DNA of 64,000 nucleotides from Porticoccaceae bacterium. Its GTDB lineage: Bacteria > Pseudomonadota > Gammaproteobacteria > Pseudomonadales > Porticoccaceae. The notes under the pieces are model-generated. The model worked only from the letters and a program-made list of their open reading frames with translations, was not told the DNA's origin and searched no databases. Shown here piece after piece: positions 9,876 through 20,199 of this stretch; positions within the stretch are counted from its first letter, which is position 1, and every line of letters begins with the position of its first letter. The DNA lies in NCBI GenBank assembly GCA_049615345.1, contig JBMZFJ010000003.1:22859-86858 (forward strand). Direction: 5' to 3'. The position numbers and the translations under genes were made by a program.

Positions 9876-10592
9876 ATGGAACTGATTAAAAAAAATATTG
9901 CGGCTGTTAAGGCTCGAATTGAAGCCTGCATGGCTGATGCAGGGCGAGATCACAATAGTTTGCAGCTATTAGCGGTCAGCAAAACCCGCAGCGAAAAATA
10001 TATTCAATCAGCTTTTGATAATGGTCTTAACGCATTTGGCGAAAACTATCTTCAAGAGGCGGTCAATAAAATTCAGGCTCTCGAACCTCTGGAGGCTGAG
10101 TGGCACTTTATAGGGCCGCTACAATCCAACAAAACCAAACCTGTGGCAGAAAATTTTAGCTGGGTACACGCTGTAGATAGAATAAAAATTGCCAAGCGCC
10201 TCAATGATCAGCGTCCAAAAAATCTGCGGCCATTAAATATTTGCCTGCAAATTAATATTGATAATGAACCGAGCAAGTCTGGCGTTGCACCAAATGAGGC
10301 TATAGATTTAGCTCTCGCAGTAACCGAACTGCCCAACCTGTGTTTGCGTGGACTGATGGCTATACCAATGGCGCGCCAAGATCTTGATAGCCAGCGTCAA
10401 CCCTTTCGAGCATTGCGCTTACTCAAAGAGGATATTAATCAACGACTGGACAATTCTCAAAAACTAGATACTCTCTCCATGGGTATGTCAGGCGATATAG
10501 AAGCGGCTATTCTTGAGGGGTCCACCATCTTGCGTGTAGGCACAGATATTTTTGGCCCCAGAACTGAAAAAAAACATAACAAGGAAATTTAA
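9876..10592 (+). CDS. yggS: PLP homeostasis protein YggS
   Basis: LLAVSKT, FGENYLQE, WHFIGPLQSNK, LSMGMSGD; likely start ATG 9876 (track 9849). Confidence 0.95.
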   Translation: MELIKKNIAAVKARIEACMADAGRDHNSLQLLAVSKTRSEKYIQSAFDNGLNAFGENYLQEAVNKIQALEPLEAEWHFIGPLQSNKTKPVAENFSWVHAVDRIKIAKRLNDQRPKNLRPLNICLQINIDNEPSKSGVAPNEAIDLALAVTELPNLCLRGLMAIPMARQDLDSQRQPFRALRLLKEDINQRLDNSQKLDTLSMGMSGDIEAAILEGSTILRVGTDIFGPRTEKKHNKEI

Positions 10593-10597
10593 ATACC

Positions 10598-11413
10598 ATG
10601 AGTAAAATAGTCTTTATCGGCGGCGGCAATATGGCATCCTGCCTGATTGGCGGCATGCTAGCCAATGGATTTTCTAGCCAAGATATTACCGTCAGTGAGC
10701 CCAATGAGGAATCTCGCAAACGTGTGGCATCAACTCATGGGGTATTAACCACCGCAGACAATAATGCCGCCGTTTCTCAGGCTGATATCGTGGTGCTTGC
10801 GGTTAAACCGCAAATTATGGCAGCCGTTGCCCAACCACTATCTTGCGCGCTTAGCCATGGGCCAATTATTGTTTCAATTGCTGCCGGCATTCCCGTCAAT
10901 GCATTACAAAACTGGTTAGGTCAGAGCTTAAAAATAGTTCGCGCAATGCCCAATACCCCAGCAATGGTTCAGTCTGGCGCCACCGGTCTTTTTGCCAGCC
11001 AATCTCTATCAAAAGATCAGCAATCGGTGATTGAAAGTATTTTTTCTGCTGTGGGCTATGCCTGCTGGGTTGACGAAGAATCTCTTATTGATGCTGTAAC
11101 TGCCGTTTCTGGAAGTGGTCCGGCGTACTTTTTCTTAATCTATGAAGCCATGGTAAAAGTGGCTCAAGAGATGGGGCTAGACGGTCAAACGTCTTCACAG
11201 CTGACTCTGCATACGGCGCTGGGAGCCGCACGGTTGGCTCTGGCATCAGATCAAACTCCAGACCAGTTGCGTAAACAAGTCACCTCTCCAGGAGGCACCA
11301 CTCAAGCGGCTATTGAATCTTTTCAAGAACAAGATCTTGAGGCTATTTTTCGCACAGCAATGAACAGCGCACTAGAGCGCGCCAAAGAAATGTCCGACGA
11401 CTTTGCAGGCTAA
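10598..11413 (+). CDS. proC: Pyrroline-5-carboxylate reductase
   Basis: GGGNMA, RAMPNTP, SGSGPAY, VTSPGGTT. Confidence 0.96.
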   Translation: MSKIVFIGGGNMASCLIGGMLANGFSSQDITVSEPNEESRKRVASTHGVLTTADNNAAVSQADIVVLAVKPQIMAAVAQPLSCALSHGPIIVSIAAGIPVNALQNWLGQSLKIVRAMPNTPAMVQSGATGLFASQSLSKDQQSVIESIFSAVGYACWVDEESLIDAVTAVSGSGPAYFFLIYEAMVKVAQEMGLDGQTSSQLTLHTALGAARLALASDQTPDQLRKQVTSPGGTTQAAIESFQEQDLEAIFRTAMNSALERAKEMSDDFAG

Positions 11414-11418
11414 CCCCT

Positions 11419-11982
11419 ATGAATGAAACACTAATTTTTATTTTAAAGTACGCCACCGATATCGTTGCTACTCTGCTGTTAATTCGATTTTTATTGCAAT
11501 TAACTCAGGCAGATTTTTACAACCCAGTGTCTCAGGGTATTCTTAAGATTTGCACGCCTATTTCGGCACCCCTAGAAAAGCTAATCCCGACCGTCGGTCG
11601 CTTTAATCTGGCGGTTTTAGCTGCGGCCATACTGATTAAGTGGTGTTTTTTCGTCATAATAGCAACGGTTAATGGACTGCTTTCTTTAGACATCTTTGCA
11701 TTCTTAGCGCTGGCGGCATTCGAGTTATTGCGCACGTTGATTACCATTTATTTTTATGGTGTATTTATCTTGGTTATTTTTAGCTGGGTGGGCACGCCGC
11801 CCCATCCTGCAGCTCGCCTAATTGGTCAAGTCATTATGCCATACACCAATCTATTTAGACGCTTTATTCCCCCTCTGGGCATGATTGATATATCACCTAT
11901 GGTGGCGATTTTTACCCTGATGATTATTCGCGCACAAATACTACCCATTATTGCCATGCAAATTAGACCACTACTGATGTAG
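11419..11982 (+). CDS. yggT: YggT family membrane protein
   Basis: ADFYNPVSQ and GMIDISP motifs; hydrophobic; follows proC. Confidence 0.9.
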   Translation: MNETLIFILKYATDIVATLLLIRFLLQLTQADFYNPVSQGILKICTPISAPLEKLIPTVGRFNLAVLAAAILIKWCFFVIIATVNGLLSLDIFAFLALAAFELLRTLITIYFYGVFILVIFSWVGTPPHPAARLIGQVIMPYTNLFRRFIPPLGMIDISPMVAIFTLMIIRAQILPIIAMQIRPLLM

Positions 11983-12001
11983 CGACCGCATTTAGTATAT
12001 T

Positions 12002-13051
12002 TTAAGGCGCTGGATCTGGATAACAGTTGTGCACGGCATCTATTTCTGCCAAAACCTCGTCGCTCAAGGTTATATCAACTGCATCAATATTTTCTTTTAA
12101 TTGTGTCATCGTAGTCGCACCTATAAGACAGCTTGCGACAAATGGTTGCTGGCACACAAAAGCCAAAGACATCTGCGCCAGACTTAGACCCTGTTGCTTA
12201 GCTATTTTTGCATAGCCTTCTGTAGCCGCTAATGATTGGGGGCTATCATAACGGGTAAATCGATCAAACAGAGTAAGTCGCGCACCAGAGGGCTTGTTGC
12301 CATCAAGATATTTCCCGCTAAGCATCCCAAAGGCCATTGGCGAGTAGGCCAGGAGTGGAATATCTTCTCTTATAGACATCTCGGCCAGACCGGTTTCAAA
12401 CTGACGACTCAATAGGTTATACACATTTTGAATACATGCGACCTTGGGTAGTCCCTGCTCAGCCGCAAGACGCAGATATTCCATAGTGCCCCAGGGGGTT
12501 TCGTTGGAAATACCAATATGCTTGATTAGCCCCTCATCCACTAATTCAGCCAGTGCGCGAAGTGTTTCCTCAATCGCTATACCGTCGCCTTCAGGATTAT
12601 GGCTGTAGCCGCGAGCACCAAAAAAGTTGGTGGCGCGCTCGGGCCAATGGACTTGGTACAGGTCTATATAATCGGTTTGCATGCGCTCAAGAGATCCCTC
12701 GATCGCTCGGCGGATATGGTCCCTACTGAGGCGTGCACCATCTCGAATATGAGACAGTGCTGAATTTTTTTGATCGGCTCGACCGGTGACCTTGGTTGCA
12801 AGAATCACTTCGCTGCGCTTACCCGTTTGAGCTAGCCACTCTCCGACGCAACGCTCGGTTTCACCCACCGTTTCTGGACGCGGCGGCACCGGATACATTT
12901 CAGCCACATCAAATAGATTAACCCCTCGAGAAAGTGCGTAATCCATTTGCTCACAGGCCTGCTGGAGATTATTCTGCTCACCCCACGTCATCGTACCTAA
13001 GCCGATGAGTGGAACCTGCAATCCTGTTCCGCCTAGGGGTCTATATTTCAT
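12002..13051 (-). CDS. tas: NADP(H)-dependent aldo/keto reductase, Tas-like
   Basis: GLGTMTWGEQN, DYIDLYQVHWPER, GISNETPWG. Confidence 0.88.
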   Translation of the reverse strand: MKYRPLGGTGLQVPLIGLGTMTWGEQNNLQQACEQMDYALSRGVNLFDVAEMYPVPPRPETVGETERCVGEWLAQTGKRSEVILATKVTGRADQKNSALSHIRDGARLSRDHIRRAIEGSLERMQTDYIDLYQVHWPERATNFFGARGYSHNPEGDGIAIEETLRALAELVDEGLIKHIGISNETPWGTMEYLRLAAEQGLPKVACIQNVYNLLSRQFETGLAEMSIREDIPLLAYSPMAFGMLSGKYLDGNKPSGARLTLFDRFTRYDSPQSLAATEGYAKIAKQQGLSLAQMSLAFVCQQPFVASCLIGATTMTQLKENIDAVDITLSDEVLAEIDAVHNCYPDPAP

Positions 13052-13237
13052 ATTTGCTTCTCACTGATCAATTTAATTTAAATCATACACCCGACCATAT
13101 CAGGTATAGTAGTAAAAATCAGTGGCTATATAGTTCACCTGTATCCTCATTTAAGGGATGTAAATAATACTTTAAGCCTATACTATTGCTTAAACGTCTA
13201 GGCACTCTTAGACTTGTAAGCCAAAATTCGATTAAAT

Positions 13238-14419
13238 TTGCCTATGTCATTAGAAACATCAGATAACCTCAATGATCTCAGCGGATCAGTGGGTCTAGTT
13301 AAGCCGCAAAAGGTAGTGATTGAGCAACCGCTCAAACTGGCCTGTGGCGTTACTTTGCCTAGCCACACACTGACCTATGAGACCTACGGCAGCCCCAACA
13401 AAGACAACACTAATGCCATCCTTATCTGTCATGCTTTGAGCGGCAATCACCATGCTGCCGGCTTTTACCAAGATGACACCAAGCCTGGCTGGTGGGATCA
13501 ATATATCGGCCCGGGTAAACCTATCGATAGCAACCGCTTTTATATTGTGTGCGTCAACAATATCGGTAGCTGTTTTGGCAGCACTGGACCAACCTCAGAA
13601 AACCCTGAAACAGGCCAGCCTTTTGGTGCTGACTTTCCGCCGCTAAGGGCGAGAGATTGGGTAGAGTCTCAAAAATTATTAATGGAGCACCTCAATATTG
13701 ACTGCTGGGCAGCAGTAGTAGGTGGCAGTCTTGGCGGCATGCAGGCTATGCGCTGGTCACTAGAGCATCCTGAGAAATTACAACACGCGATCGTTATTGC
13801 CTCGGCGATGAAGCTCACTGCGCAAAATATCGCATTTAATGAAATTGCTCGAAAGGCGATAAAATCTGATACTGATTTTTGCGATGGCAACTATCTTCAG
13901 CATAATAAAATTCCTCATCGCGGCTTAGCATTGGCGCGCATGATTGGTCATGTGACCTATTTATCCGATGAGTTAATGGGGCAAAAATTTGGCCGCGACC
14001 TCAAGGCAGGAGATTTGCTTCAGGGCAAAACAGAGCCCGTTGAGTTTCAAATTGAAAGCTATTTAAATTATCAGGGCGATAAATTTTCTGATTTCTTTGA
14101 TGCCAACTCTTATATTTTGATTACCAAAATGCTCGATTACTTCGACCTAGCTAGAGAGTATGACCACGACCCTGTTGCTGCATTTAAGCATGCTACATGC
14201 AAATTCCTGGTTATTTCCTTTAGTAGCGATTGGCGTTTTTCGCCGGCGAGATCAAGAGAAATTACCGATGCACTCATAGCCGCGGGTAAAGATGTTTCCT
14301 ATATCGCTATTGATTCAGATCATGGTCATGACGCCTTCTTGCTGCCCAATCAGCGTTACCAGCAAGCGCTGGGGAGCTATCTAAATAAGCTTGCCGAAAA
14401 AATTGAGGGTGCCCAATGA
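13238..14419 (+). CDS. metX: Homoserine O-acyltransferase MetX (probably succinyl-type, Pseudomonas-like)
   Basis: ICHALSGNHH, GGSLGGMQA, GHDAFL; adjacent to metW; start may be ATG 13244. Confidence 0.92.
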   Translation: MPMSLETSDNLNDLSGSVGLVKPQKVVIEQPLKLACGVTLPSHTLTYETYGSPNKDNTNAILICHALSGNHHAAGFYQDDTKPGWWDQYIGPGKPIDSNRFYIVCVNNIGSCFGSTGPTSENPETGQPFGADFPPLRARDWVESQKLLMEHLNIDCWAAVVGGSLGGMQAMRWSLEHPEKLQHAIVIASAMKLTAQNIAFNEIARKAIKSDTDFCDGNYLQHNKIPHRGLALARMIGHVTYLSDELMGQKFGRDLKAGDLLQGKTEPVEFQIESYLNYQGDKFSDFFDANSYILITKMLDYFDLAREYDHDPVAAFKHATCKFLVISFSSDWRFSPARSREITDALIAAGKDVSYIAIDSDHGHDAFLLPNQRYQQALGSYLNKLAEKIEGAQ

Positions 14420-15006
14420 AGCATAATATTGATTTTATTGAGCAATGGATTGAGCCGGGTTCGCGGGTTTTAGACGTTGGCTGTGGCGATGGCACACTGT
14501 TGGCACGCCTCAGAGATCAGCGCGAAGTTTTAGGCTATGGCTTAGAAATTGATCCCAAGTCAATCGACAGTTGTCTGGGGAAAGGCGTCAACGTTATTGA
14601 GCAAGATCTTAATAAGGGCTTAAACAATTTTACTGACCAAAGTTTTGATACGGTTTTAATGACCCATACCCTACAAGCATTGCGCTATCCGCATTTGGTT
14701 TTGGATGAGATTTTACGCATTGGCGGCAAAGGGATTGTCACATTCCCCAATTTTGGCAATTGGCGGACGAGAGCCTATCTAAGTCTGCGCGGACGAATGC
14801 CCGTGACTAAGCAACTAGCCTATCAATGGTATGATACCCCCAATATTCATTTCTTTACCTATGCAGATTTTGAAGCATTGTGCAAAGAGCGAAATATTAC
14901 TATTCTGCACCGTCAATTTTTGGCTAATGGATTTCCCGATCGACTTTTAAAATCTGTTTGGCCAAACCTTTTTACGGAAACAGCGGTATATCATCTAAGC
15001 CGCTAA
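14416..15006 (+). CDS. metW: Methionine biosynthesis protein MetW
   Basis: VLDVGCGDG SAM motif, WYDTPNIH; overlaps metX stop. Confidence 0.93.
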   Translation: MKHNIDFIEQWIEPGSRVLDVGCGDGTLLARLRDQREVLGYGLEIDPKSIDSCLGKGVNVIEQDLNKGLNNFTDQSFDTVLMTHTLQALRYPHLVLDEILRIGGKGIVTFPNFGNWRTRAYLSLRGRMPVTKQLAYQWYDTPNIHFFTYADFEALCKERNITILHRQFLANGFPDRLLKSVWPNLFTETAVYHLSR

Positions 15007-15034
15007 CCCAACACCAAATTAGGGAGATTCCCCA

Positions 15035-15466
15035 ATGAAGTACCTGATAATGCTATCTATACTTCTGACCTCAATCGCTAATGCTGAGCCTATGAAACAA
15101 AGCCATTACAAACAGCATGGTGATACTAAAATTTTTTATAGCGCATTTGAAAGCTCATTTATTGCCCCTGAGGTTGCAGTGGCCTATAACTTTGTTCGCG
15201 GGAAGGATAAGGGTCTAGTTAATATAGCTGTAGTGAAAAAACTAGGTCGGGGTGAGCCGGCAACCATTTCTGGTCGAGTATTTAATATTTTGCAGCAATC
15301 TCAGCCGCTTGAATTTATTGCTATCAAAGAACAGAACAGTGTTTATTACCTAGCGCCGTTTGAATTTGATAATGAAGATCTTTTGACCTTTAAAATATCG
15401 GTCGATAGTCCCGCTAGCCAAGGCCCTTATAGTTTTAAATTCCAAAAGAAAATGTACCATAATTAA
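15035..15466 (+). CDS. DUF4426-like exported protein
   Basis: Signal-peptide-like N-terminus; YSAFESSF and YYLAPF motifs; metW-X-rdgB synteny. Confidence 0.75.
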   Translation: MKYLIMLSILLTSIANAEPMKQSHYKQHGDTKIFYSAFESSFIAPEVAVAYNFVRGKDKGLVNIAVVKKLGRGEPATISGRVFNILQQSQPLEFIAIKEQNSVYYLAPFEFDNEDLLTFKISVDSPASQGPYSFKFQKKMYHN

Positions 15467-15490
15467 TTTTAGCTAGAAGAGACTTTAGCG

Positions 15491-16099
15491 ATGTTAGATA
15501 TTAAAGACTTGGTGTTAGCGAGCGCCAATAAAGGCAAAATTAAAGAACTACAGGATATGCTAGGCGGTTTGGGTATTAATATTATCCCTCAACAACAGCT
15601 TGGCATTGAGGATGCAGAAGAGACCGGCCTAACGTTTGTCGAAAACGCTATCCTTAAGGCTCGTCATGCCGCAGAAATATCTGGCTTACCGGCTATAGCC
15701 GATGACTCTGGTCTTGAGGTTGATTATCTTAAGGGGGCTCCTGGAATTTATTCAGCGCGATATTCTGGTGCGGGGGCAACCGATCAAAGCAACCTCGATA
15801 AGCTAATGCTCGAAATGCGAGATGCCCCAGCCGATAAGCGCAGCGCTAGGTACCAAACTGTTATTGCAATCATGGCCCATGGCTCTGATCCCACCCCTAT
15901 TCTGTGCCAAGGCACATGGGAGGGTGAAATTGCCTTTGAAGAAAAAGGCAGTGAAGGCTTTGGCTACGACCCCGTGTTCAAGCCTGCCGATGCCGATTGT
16001 CATGCGGCAGAATTAGAAAAATCGGTCAAAAATGCCATTAGTCATCGCGGCAAGGCCATTAATAAACTGATCGAAAAGCTTAAGCAACAAAGCCTCTAA
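15491..16099 (+). CDS. rdgB: dITP/XTP pyrophosphatase
   Basis: ASANKGK, ETGLTFVENA, DDSGL, GFGYDPVF, SHRGKA. Confidence 0.96.
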   Translation: MLDIKDLVLASANKGKIKELQDMLGGLGINIIPQQQLGIEDAEETGLTFVENAILKARHAAEISGLPAIADDSGLEVDYLKGAPGIYSARYSGAGATDQSNLDKLMLEMRDAPADKRSARYQTVIAIMAHGSDPTPILCQGTWEGEIAFEEKGSEGFGYDPVFKPADADCHAAELEKSVKNAISHRGKAINKLIEKLKQQSL

Positions 16100-17238
16100 T
16101 GCTGGAACTACCCCCCTTATCTCTGTACGTCCATATCCCCTGGTGTGTGCGTAAATGCCCGTATTGTGACTTCAACTCCCACGAAAGTGCCGCTAAAATT
16201 CCCGAAAATGATTATTTAAAGGCTCTTTTTCGCGATCTTACAAATGATTTACCCTGGGTGCAAAATAGAAAAATACACTCGATTTTCTTTGGCGGCGGCA
16301 CTCCCAGCCTGTTTTCTGCCAATGCCATAGAAAAAATCATCCAGGAAGCCGAGACATTGATTGGCTTTGAAGATGATATAGAAATTACATTAGAAGCCAA
16401 TCCCGGTACGGCAGAACAGCAAAAATTTGCAGACTTCAAATCAGCTGGTATAAACCGCCTATCCATTGGCGTACAAAGCTTTAACAACGACCATCTTAAA
16501 TTGCTGGGCCGCATTCACGATGGCGACAATGCCCTAAGGGCAATTGAAATGGCACAAATTTGCGGCTTCAAACGCTTCAATATAGACCTTATGCACGGCC
16601 TGCCTAAGCAAACTAGAGTCCAAGCTATAAGTGATCTAGAAACAGCTATAAATACTGGCGCAACCCATATCTCTTGGTATCAACTCACCATCGAGCCCAA
16701 TACCGCGTTTTATTCTAAGCCGCCCATTTTGCCGATTGAAGATCAACTTGCCGACATACAGGATCTTGGCCTGCAAACACTGGCTAAAGCTGGTTTTGAA
16801 CAATATGAAATATCAGCATTTGCGCGCAATGATCAACAGTGCAAACATAATATTAATTACTGGCAGTTTGGGGACTACTTAGGTATCGGCGCAGGCGCTC
16901 ATGGAAAAATCACGCTACCCGATCAAAACAGTATTATTCGTTCAGCAAAAACACGCCTACCCAAGCACTACCTCAATCAGGGCACTTCGGTGTTAACCTC
17001 TAACAAGCCCATTGCTCAAGATCAACTGGCGTTAGAGTTTATGATGAATGGTCTTCGCTTAACCAATGGCGTAAAAAAGAACTTACTAAACAGCAGAACT
17101 GGGCTTTCTACTGATCATATTGAGGATAAAATTGAACAGTTAAACCAAGAGGGATTCTTAAAGCATCACTCCTCTCACTACTGCACAACCGATTTAGGCG
17201 CACGATTTCTCGACACCATATTACAACGCTTTTCTTAA
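16099..17238 (+). CDS. hemW: Radical SAM heme chaperone HemW (YggW)
   Basis: YVHIPWCVRKCPYCDFNSH, GGGTPS, YLGIGAGAHGK. Confidence 0.93.
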   Translation: MLELPPLSLYVHIPWCVRKCPYCDFNSHESAAKIPENDYLKALFRDLTNDLPWVQNRKIHSIFFGGGTPSLFSANAIEKIIQEAETLIGFEDDIEITLEANPGTAEQQKFADFKSAGINRLSIGVQSFNNDHLKLLGRIHDGDNALRAIEMAQICGFKRFNIDLMHGLPKQTRVQAISDLETAINTGATHISWYQLTIEPNTAFYSKPPILPIEDQLADIQDLGLQTLAKAGFEQYEISAFARNDQQCKHNINYWQFGDYLGIGAGAHGKITLPDQNSIIRSAKTRLPKHYLNQGTSVLTSNKPIAQDQLALEFMMNGLRLTNGVKKNLLNSRTGLSTDHIEDKIEQLNQEGFLKHHSSHYCTTDLGARFLDTILQRFS

Positions 17239-17309
17239 ATTTCTCACTTTAGTCAGCGCAACTTTTTGCTACAATGGTGAAAACTATAAATTAAGAAATA
17301 AGACTTCCA

Positions 17310-18236
17310 TTGGATACTAACAGTCCACAAAACACAGTCCCTGCGGAAACTGCGCGATTATTACGCCTGGCCACCTATGCCTCGGTTAGCGTCGCTATTT
17401 TTTTAATTATTGTTAAGCTAATCGCCTGGGGGCGCTCGGACTCAGTTAGCCTGCTAGCAACCCTGGTTGACTCGACGCTTGACGCTTTCGCCTCTATTAT
17501 TAATTTAATTGCGGTTAGGCATGCTCTTACGCCGGCCGACAAAGAGCATCGATTCGGCCACGGCAAAGCAGAGGCACTTGCCGGCTTAAGCCAATCGCTG
17601 TTTATTGCTGGATCTTCGCTGTTCCTGTTGCTTGAAGCCGTGCAGACGCTTTTCAATCCAACCGAAATAAAACATGCCTTTGCCGGAATTGTGGTAATGG
17701 TAATTTCCATTATTGCAACGCTGATATTAGTGAGCTTTCAGCACTATGTGATTAGAAAAACACGATCTGTCGCAATTAGCGCCGATGCGCTACATTATAA
17801 GTCTGATATCCTCATGAATTTAGCCGTGATAATCGCTTTATGGCTTGCAACTATGGGTCTGAATATATTCGACCCAATTATTGGCGGCATTATCGCCTGC
17901 TATATTTTATACAGCGTTTGGAGTATCGTCAGCGTATCTCTTGATCAATTAATGGATCGTGAACTCAGTGACGAAGTAAGGGCGGATATCAAACAGATTG
18001 TTCTAGCACACCCCCAAGCACAGGGAATGCACGATTTACGTACTCGACACTCCGGAACCATGACATTTATTCAGTTCCATCTAGAAATTGAAGACGAACT
18101 TACATTGGTGCAGGCGCATAATGCCTCCGATGAAATAGAGCTAGAGCTTTTGAAAACCTACCCCGGCTCTGAGATTATTATTCATATAGACCCCAAATCA
18201 GTGGTCGGAAAAGAGACAGTCGCGACATTCGAATAA
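17310..18236 (+). CDS. fieF: Cation diffusion facilitator, FieF/YiiP-like
   Basis: DSTLD, HRFGHGKAE, ADALHYKSD, IIIHIDP. Confidence 0.88.
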   Translation: MDTNSPQNTVPAETARLLRLATYASVSVAIFLIIVKLIAWGRSDSVSLLATLVDSTLDAFASIINLIAVRHALTPADKEHRFGHGKAEALAGLSQSLFIAGSSLFLLLEAVQTLFNPTEIKHAFAGIVVMVISIIATLILVSFQHYVIRKTRSVAISADALHYKSDILMNLAVIIALWLATMGLNIFDPIIGGIIACYILYSVWSIVSVSLDQLMDRELSDEVRADIKQIVLAHPQAQGMHDLRTRHSGTMTFIQFHLEIEDELTLVQAHNASDEIELELLKTYPGSEIIIHIDPKSVVGKETVATFE

Positions 18237-18354
18237 TTCGTCACAAATTTATAGCGCAAAGCACAAAGTATTCATTGGTGCAGGCAAGCACCTAATGATA
18301 TTATGATTATATTAACAAAATGTTTACAACCTGTTTTTTTGGAGAAATTTCCCA

Positions 18355-18681
18355 ATGAGTGACTCAATTGTCCACACAACCGATGCCAGCTTTGAAGCTG
18401 ACGTTCTTCAATCCGAATTGCCAACACTGGTAGACTTTTGGGCGCCTTGGTGCGGCCCGTGTAAAATGATCGCCCCAATTCTGGATGAGCTAGCCATTGA
18501 GTATGCTGGCAAAATCAAAATCTGCAAAGTTGATGTAGACGGCAATCCAGAGAGTGCGGCTAAATTTAACGTTCGCGGCATACCGACTCTTTTAGTATTT
18601 AAAAATGGTGCGGTTGAAGCGACTAAAGTAGGCGCTCTTTCTAAAGGACAGTTAACCGAGTTTGTAGACGGTCTTATCTAA
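18355..18681 (+). CDS. trxA: Thioredoxin
   Basis: [13 protein letters not shown]; upstream of rho. Confidence 0.97.
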   Translation: MSDSIVHTTDASFEADVLQSELPTLVDFWAPWCGPCKMIAPILDELAIEYAGKIKICKVDVDGNPESAAKFNVRGIPTLLVFKNGAVEATKVGALSKGQLTEFVDGLI

Positions 18682-18686
18682 GTGAC

Positions 18687-18710
18687 TTGCGACCCTTTGC
18701 GGGGTCGCAA
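18687..18710 (+). terminator. GC-rich hairpin after trxA
   Basis: TTGCGACCC-N6-GGGTCGCAA; no clear U-tract. Confidence 0.55.
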
Positions 18711-18897
18711 AATTCAGCTTGCGTTTATAGCCACAACCCTATAATCTTATGCTGTTCCTTTTTTCTAAGCCCTGTCTTGCACAACTAAAAATAAAAAAGT
18801 GCCTACCGCGGCAATAGACTACACTCAAAAACAATCAACCCTTGGCATTGGTCAAGACAATAACTTCTTCGAATTACATACACCCTAAGAACCTTCT

Positions 18898-20157
18898 ATG
18901 AACTTATCAGAATTAAAGCAAAAACCCATTGATGAACTGCTAGAAATGACCTCCTCTATGGGGCTGGACAATTTAGCGCGATCCCGCAAACAAGATATTA
19001 TCTTTGCCCTGCTTAAGCGTCACGCTAAAAGTGGCGAAGATATTTATGGCGATGGGGTGCTTGAAATCTTGCCGGATGGCTTTGGCTTTTTGCGCTCTGC
19101 CGGCGCTTCTTATTTAGCGGGGCCAGACGATATATATGTCTCTCCAAGCCAAATTAGACGCTTTAATCTTCGCACCGGTGACCGTATTTCCGGAAAAATT
19201 CGCCCACCTAAAGACGGTGAGCGTTATTTTGCGATGCTTAAAGTCGATGAAATTAATTTTGATGCGCCGGAAAATGCACGCAACAAAATCCTATTTGAAA
19301 ATTTAACCCCTCTCTTCCCTGATGAGCCTTTATTGCTTGAAGCAGGAAATGGTTCTACCGAGGATCTTACCGGTCGTGTTATCGATCTAGTATCGCCTAT
19401 TGGCAAGGGGCAACGCGGACTTATTGTTGCGCCGCCAAAAGCCGGTAAAACTATTATGATGCAGAATATTGCGCAATCAATTATTCGCAATAATCCGGAG
19501 TGCTACATTATTGTTCTACTTATTGATGAGCGCCCTGAAGAAGTAACCGAAATGCAGCGCACTGTGCGCGGTGAAGTGATTGCATCTACCTTTGATGAAC
19601 CACCCAATCGTCACGTTCAGGTGGCTGAAATGGTTATTGAAAAAGCCAAGCGTCTTGTTGAGCACAAAAAAGATGTGGTTATTCTTCTCGACTCAATCAC
19701 CCGTTTGGCCAGAGCCTACAACACCGTTATCCCTTCTTCAGGCAAGGTATTAACTGGTGGTGTTGATGCCCATGCACTTGAGAAGCCAAAGAGATTCTTT
19801 GGTGCAGCGCGCAATATCGAAAATGGTGGCAGTTTAAGTATTATTGCTACTGCGTTGGTTGAGACTGGCTCAAAAATGGATGAAGTGATTTACGAAGAAT
19901 TTAAAGGCACTGGTAACCTAGAGCTTATCCTTGATCGCAAGATCGCTGAAAAACGTGTTTATCCAGCCATTAATGTTCGCCGTTCAGGCACTCGTCGTGA
20001 AGATCTACTAATGGATGAAGCCGAACTGCAAAGAGTTTGGATACTGCGCAAACTACTGCATGATATGGAAGACCTGCCCGCTATCGAGTTTATGATAGAA
20101 AAACTCAAAGGTTTCAAAAGCAACGGTGAATTTTTTGGTGCGATGAAACGTAAATAG
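18898..20157 (+). CDS. rho: Transcription termination factor Rho
   Basis: [34 protein letters not shown]. Confidence 0.98.
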   Translation: MNLSELKQKPIDELLEMTSSMGLDNLARSRKQDIIFALLKRHAKSGEDIYGDGVLEILPDGFGFLRSAGASYLAGPDDIYVSPSQIRRFNLRTGDRISGKIRPPKDGERYFAMLKVDEINFDAPENARNKILFENLTPLFPDEPLLLEAGNGSTEDLTGRVIDLVSPIGKGQRGLIVAPPKAGKTIMMQNIAQSIIRNNPECYIIVLLIDERPEEVTEMQRTVRGEVIASTFDEPPNRHVQVAEMVIEKAKRLVEHKKDVVILLDSITRLARAYNTVIPSSGKVLTGGVDAHALEKPKRFFGAARNIENGGSLSIIATALVETGSKMDEVIYEEFKGTGNLELILDRKIAEKRVYPAINVRRSGTRREDLLMDEAELQRVWILRKLLHDMEDLPAIEFMIEKLKGFKSNGEFFGAMKRK

Positions 20158-20199
20158 TTGGCATCCAGTTACTAAACTGACAAATATTGAGCCAGCCCC

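Noticed and set aside
13052-13237. Possible SAM/SAH riboswitch or MetJ boxes before metX
   Set aside because: No recognisable SAM-II/SAM-V/SAH core; only one AAACGTCT near-match, not a tandem Met-box array.
18296-18316. Fur-box-like AT-rich stretch before trxA
   Set aside because: Only about 10/19 match to GATAATGATAATCATTATC in AT-rich context.
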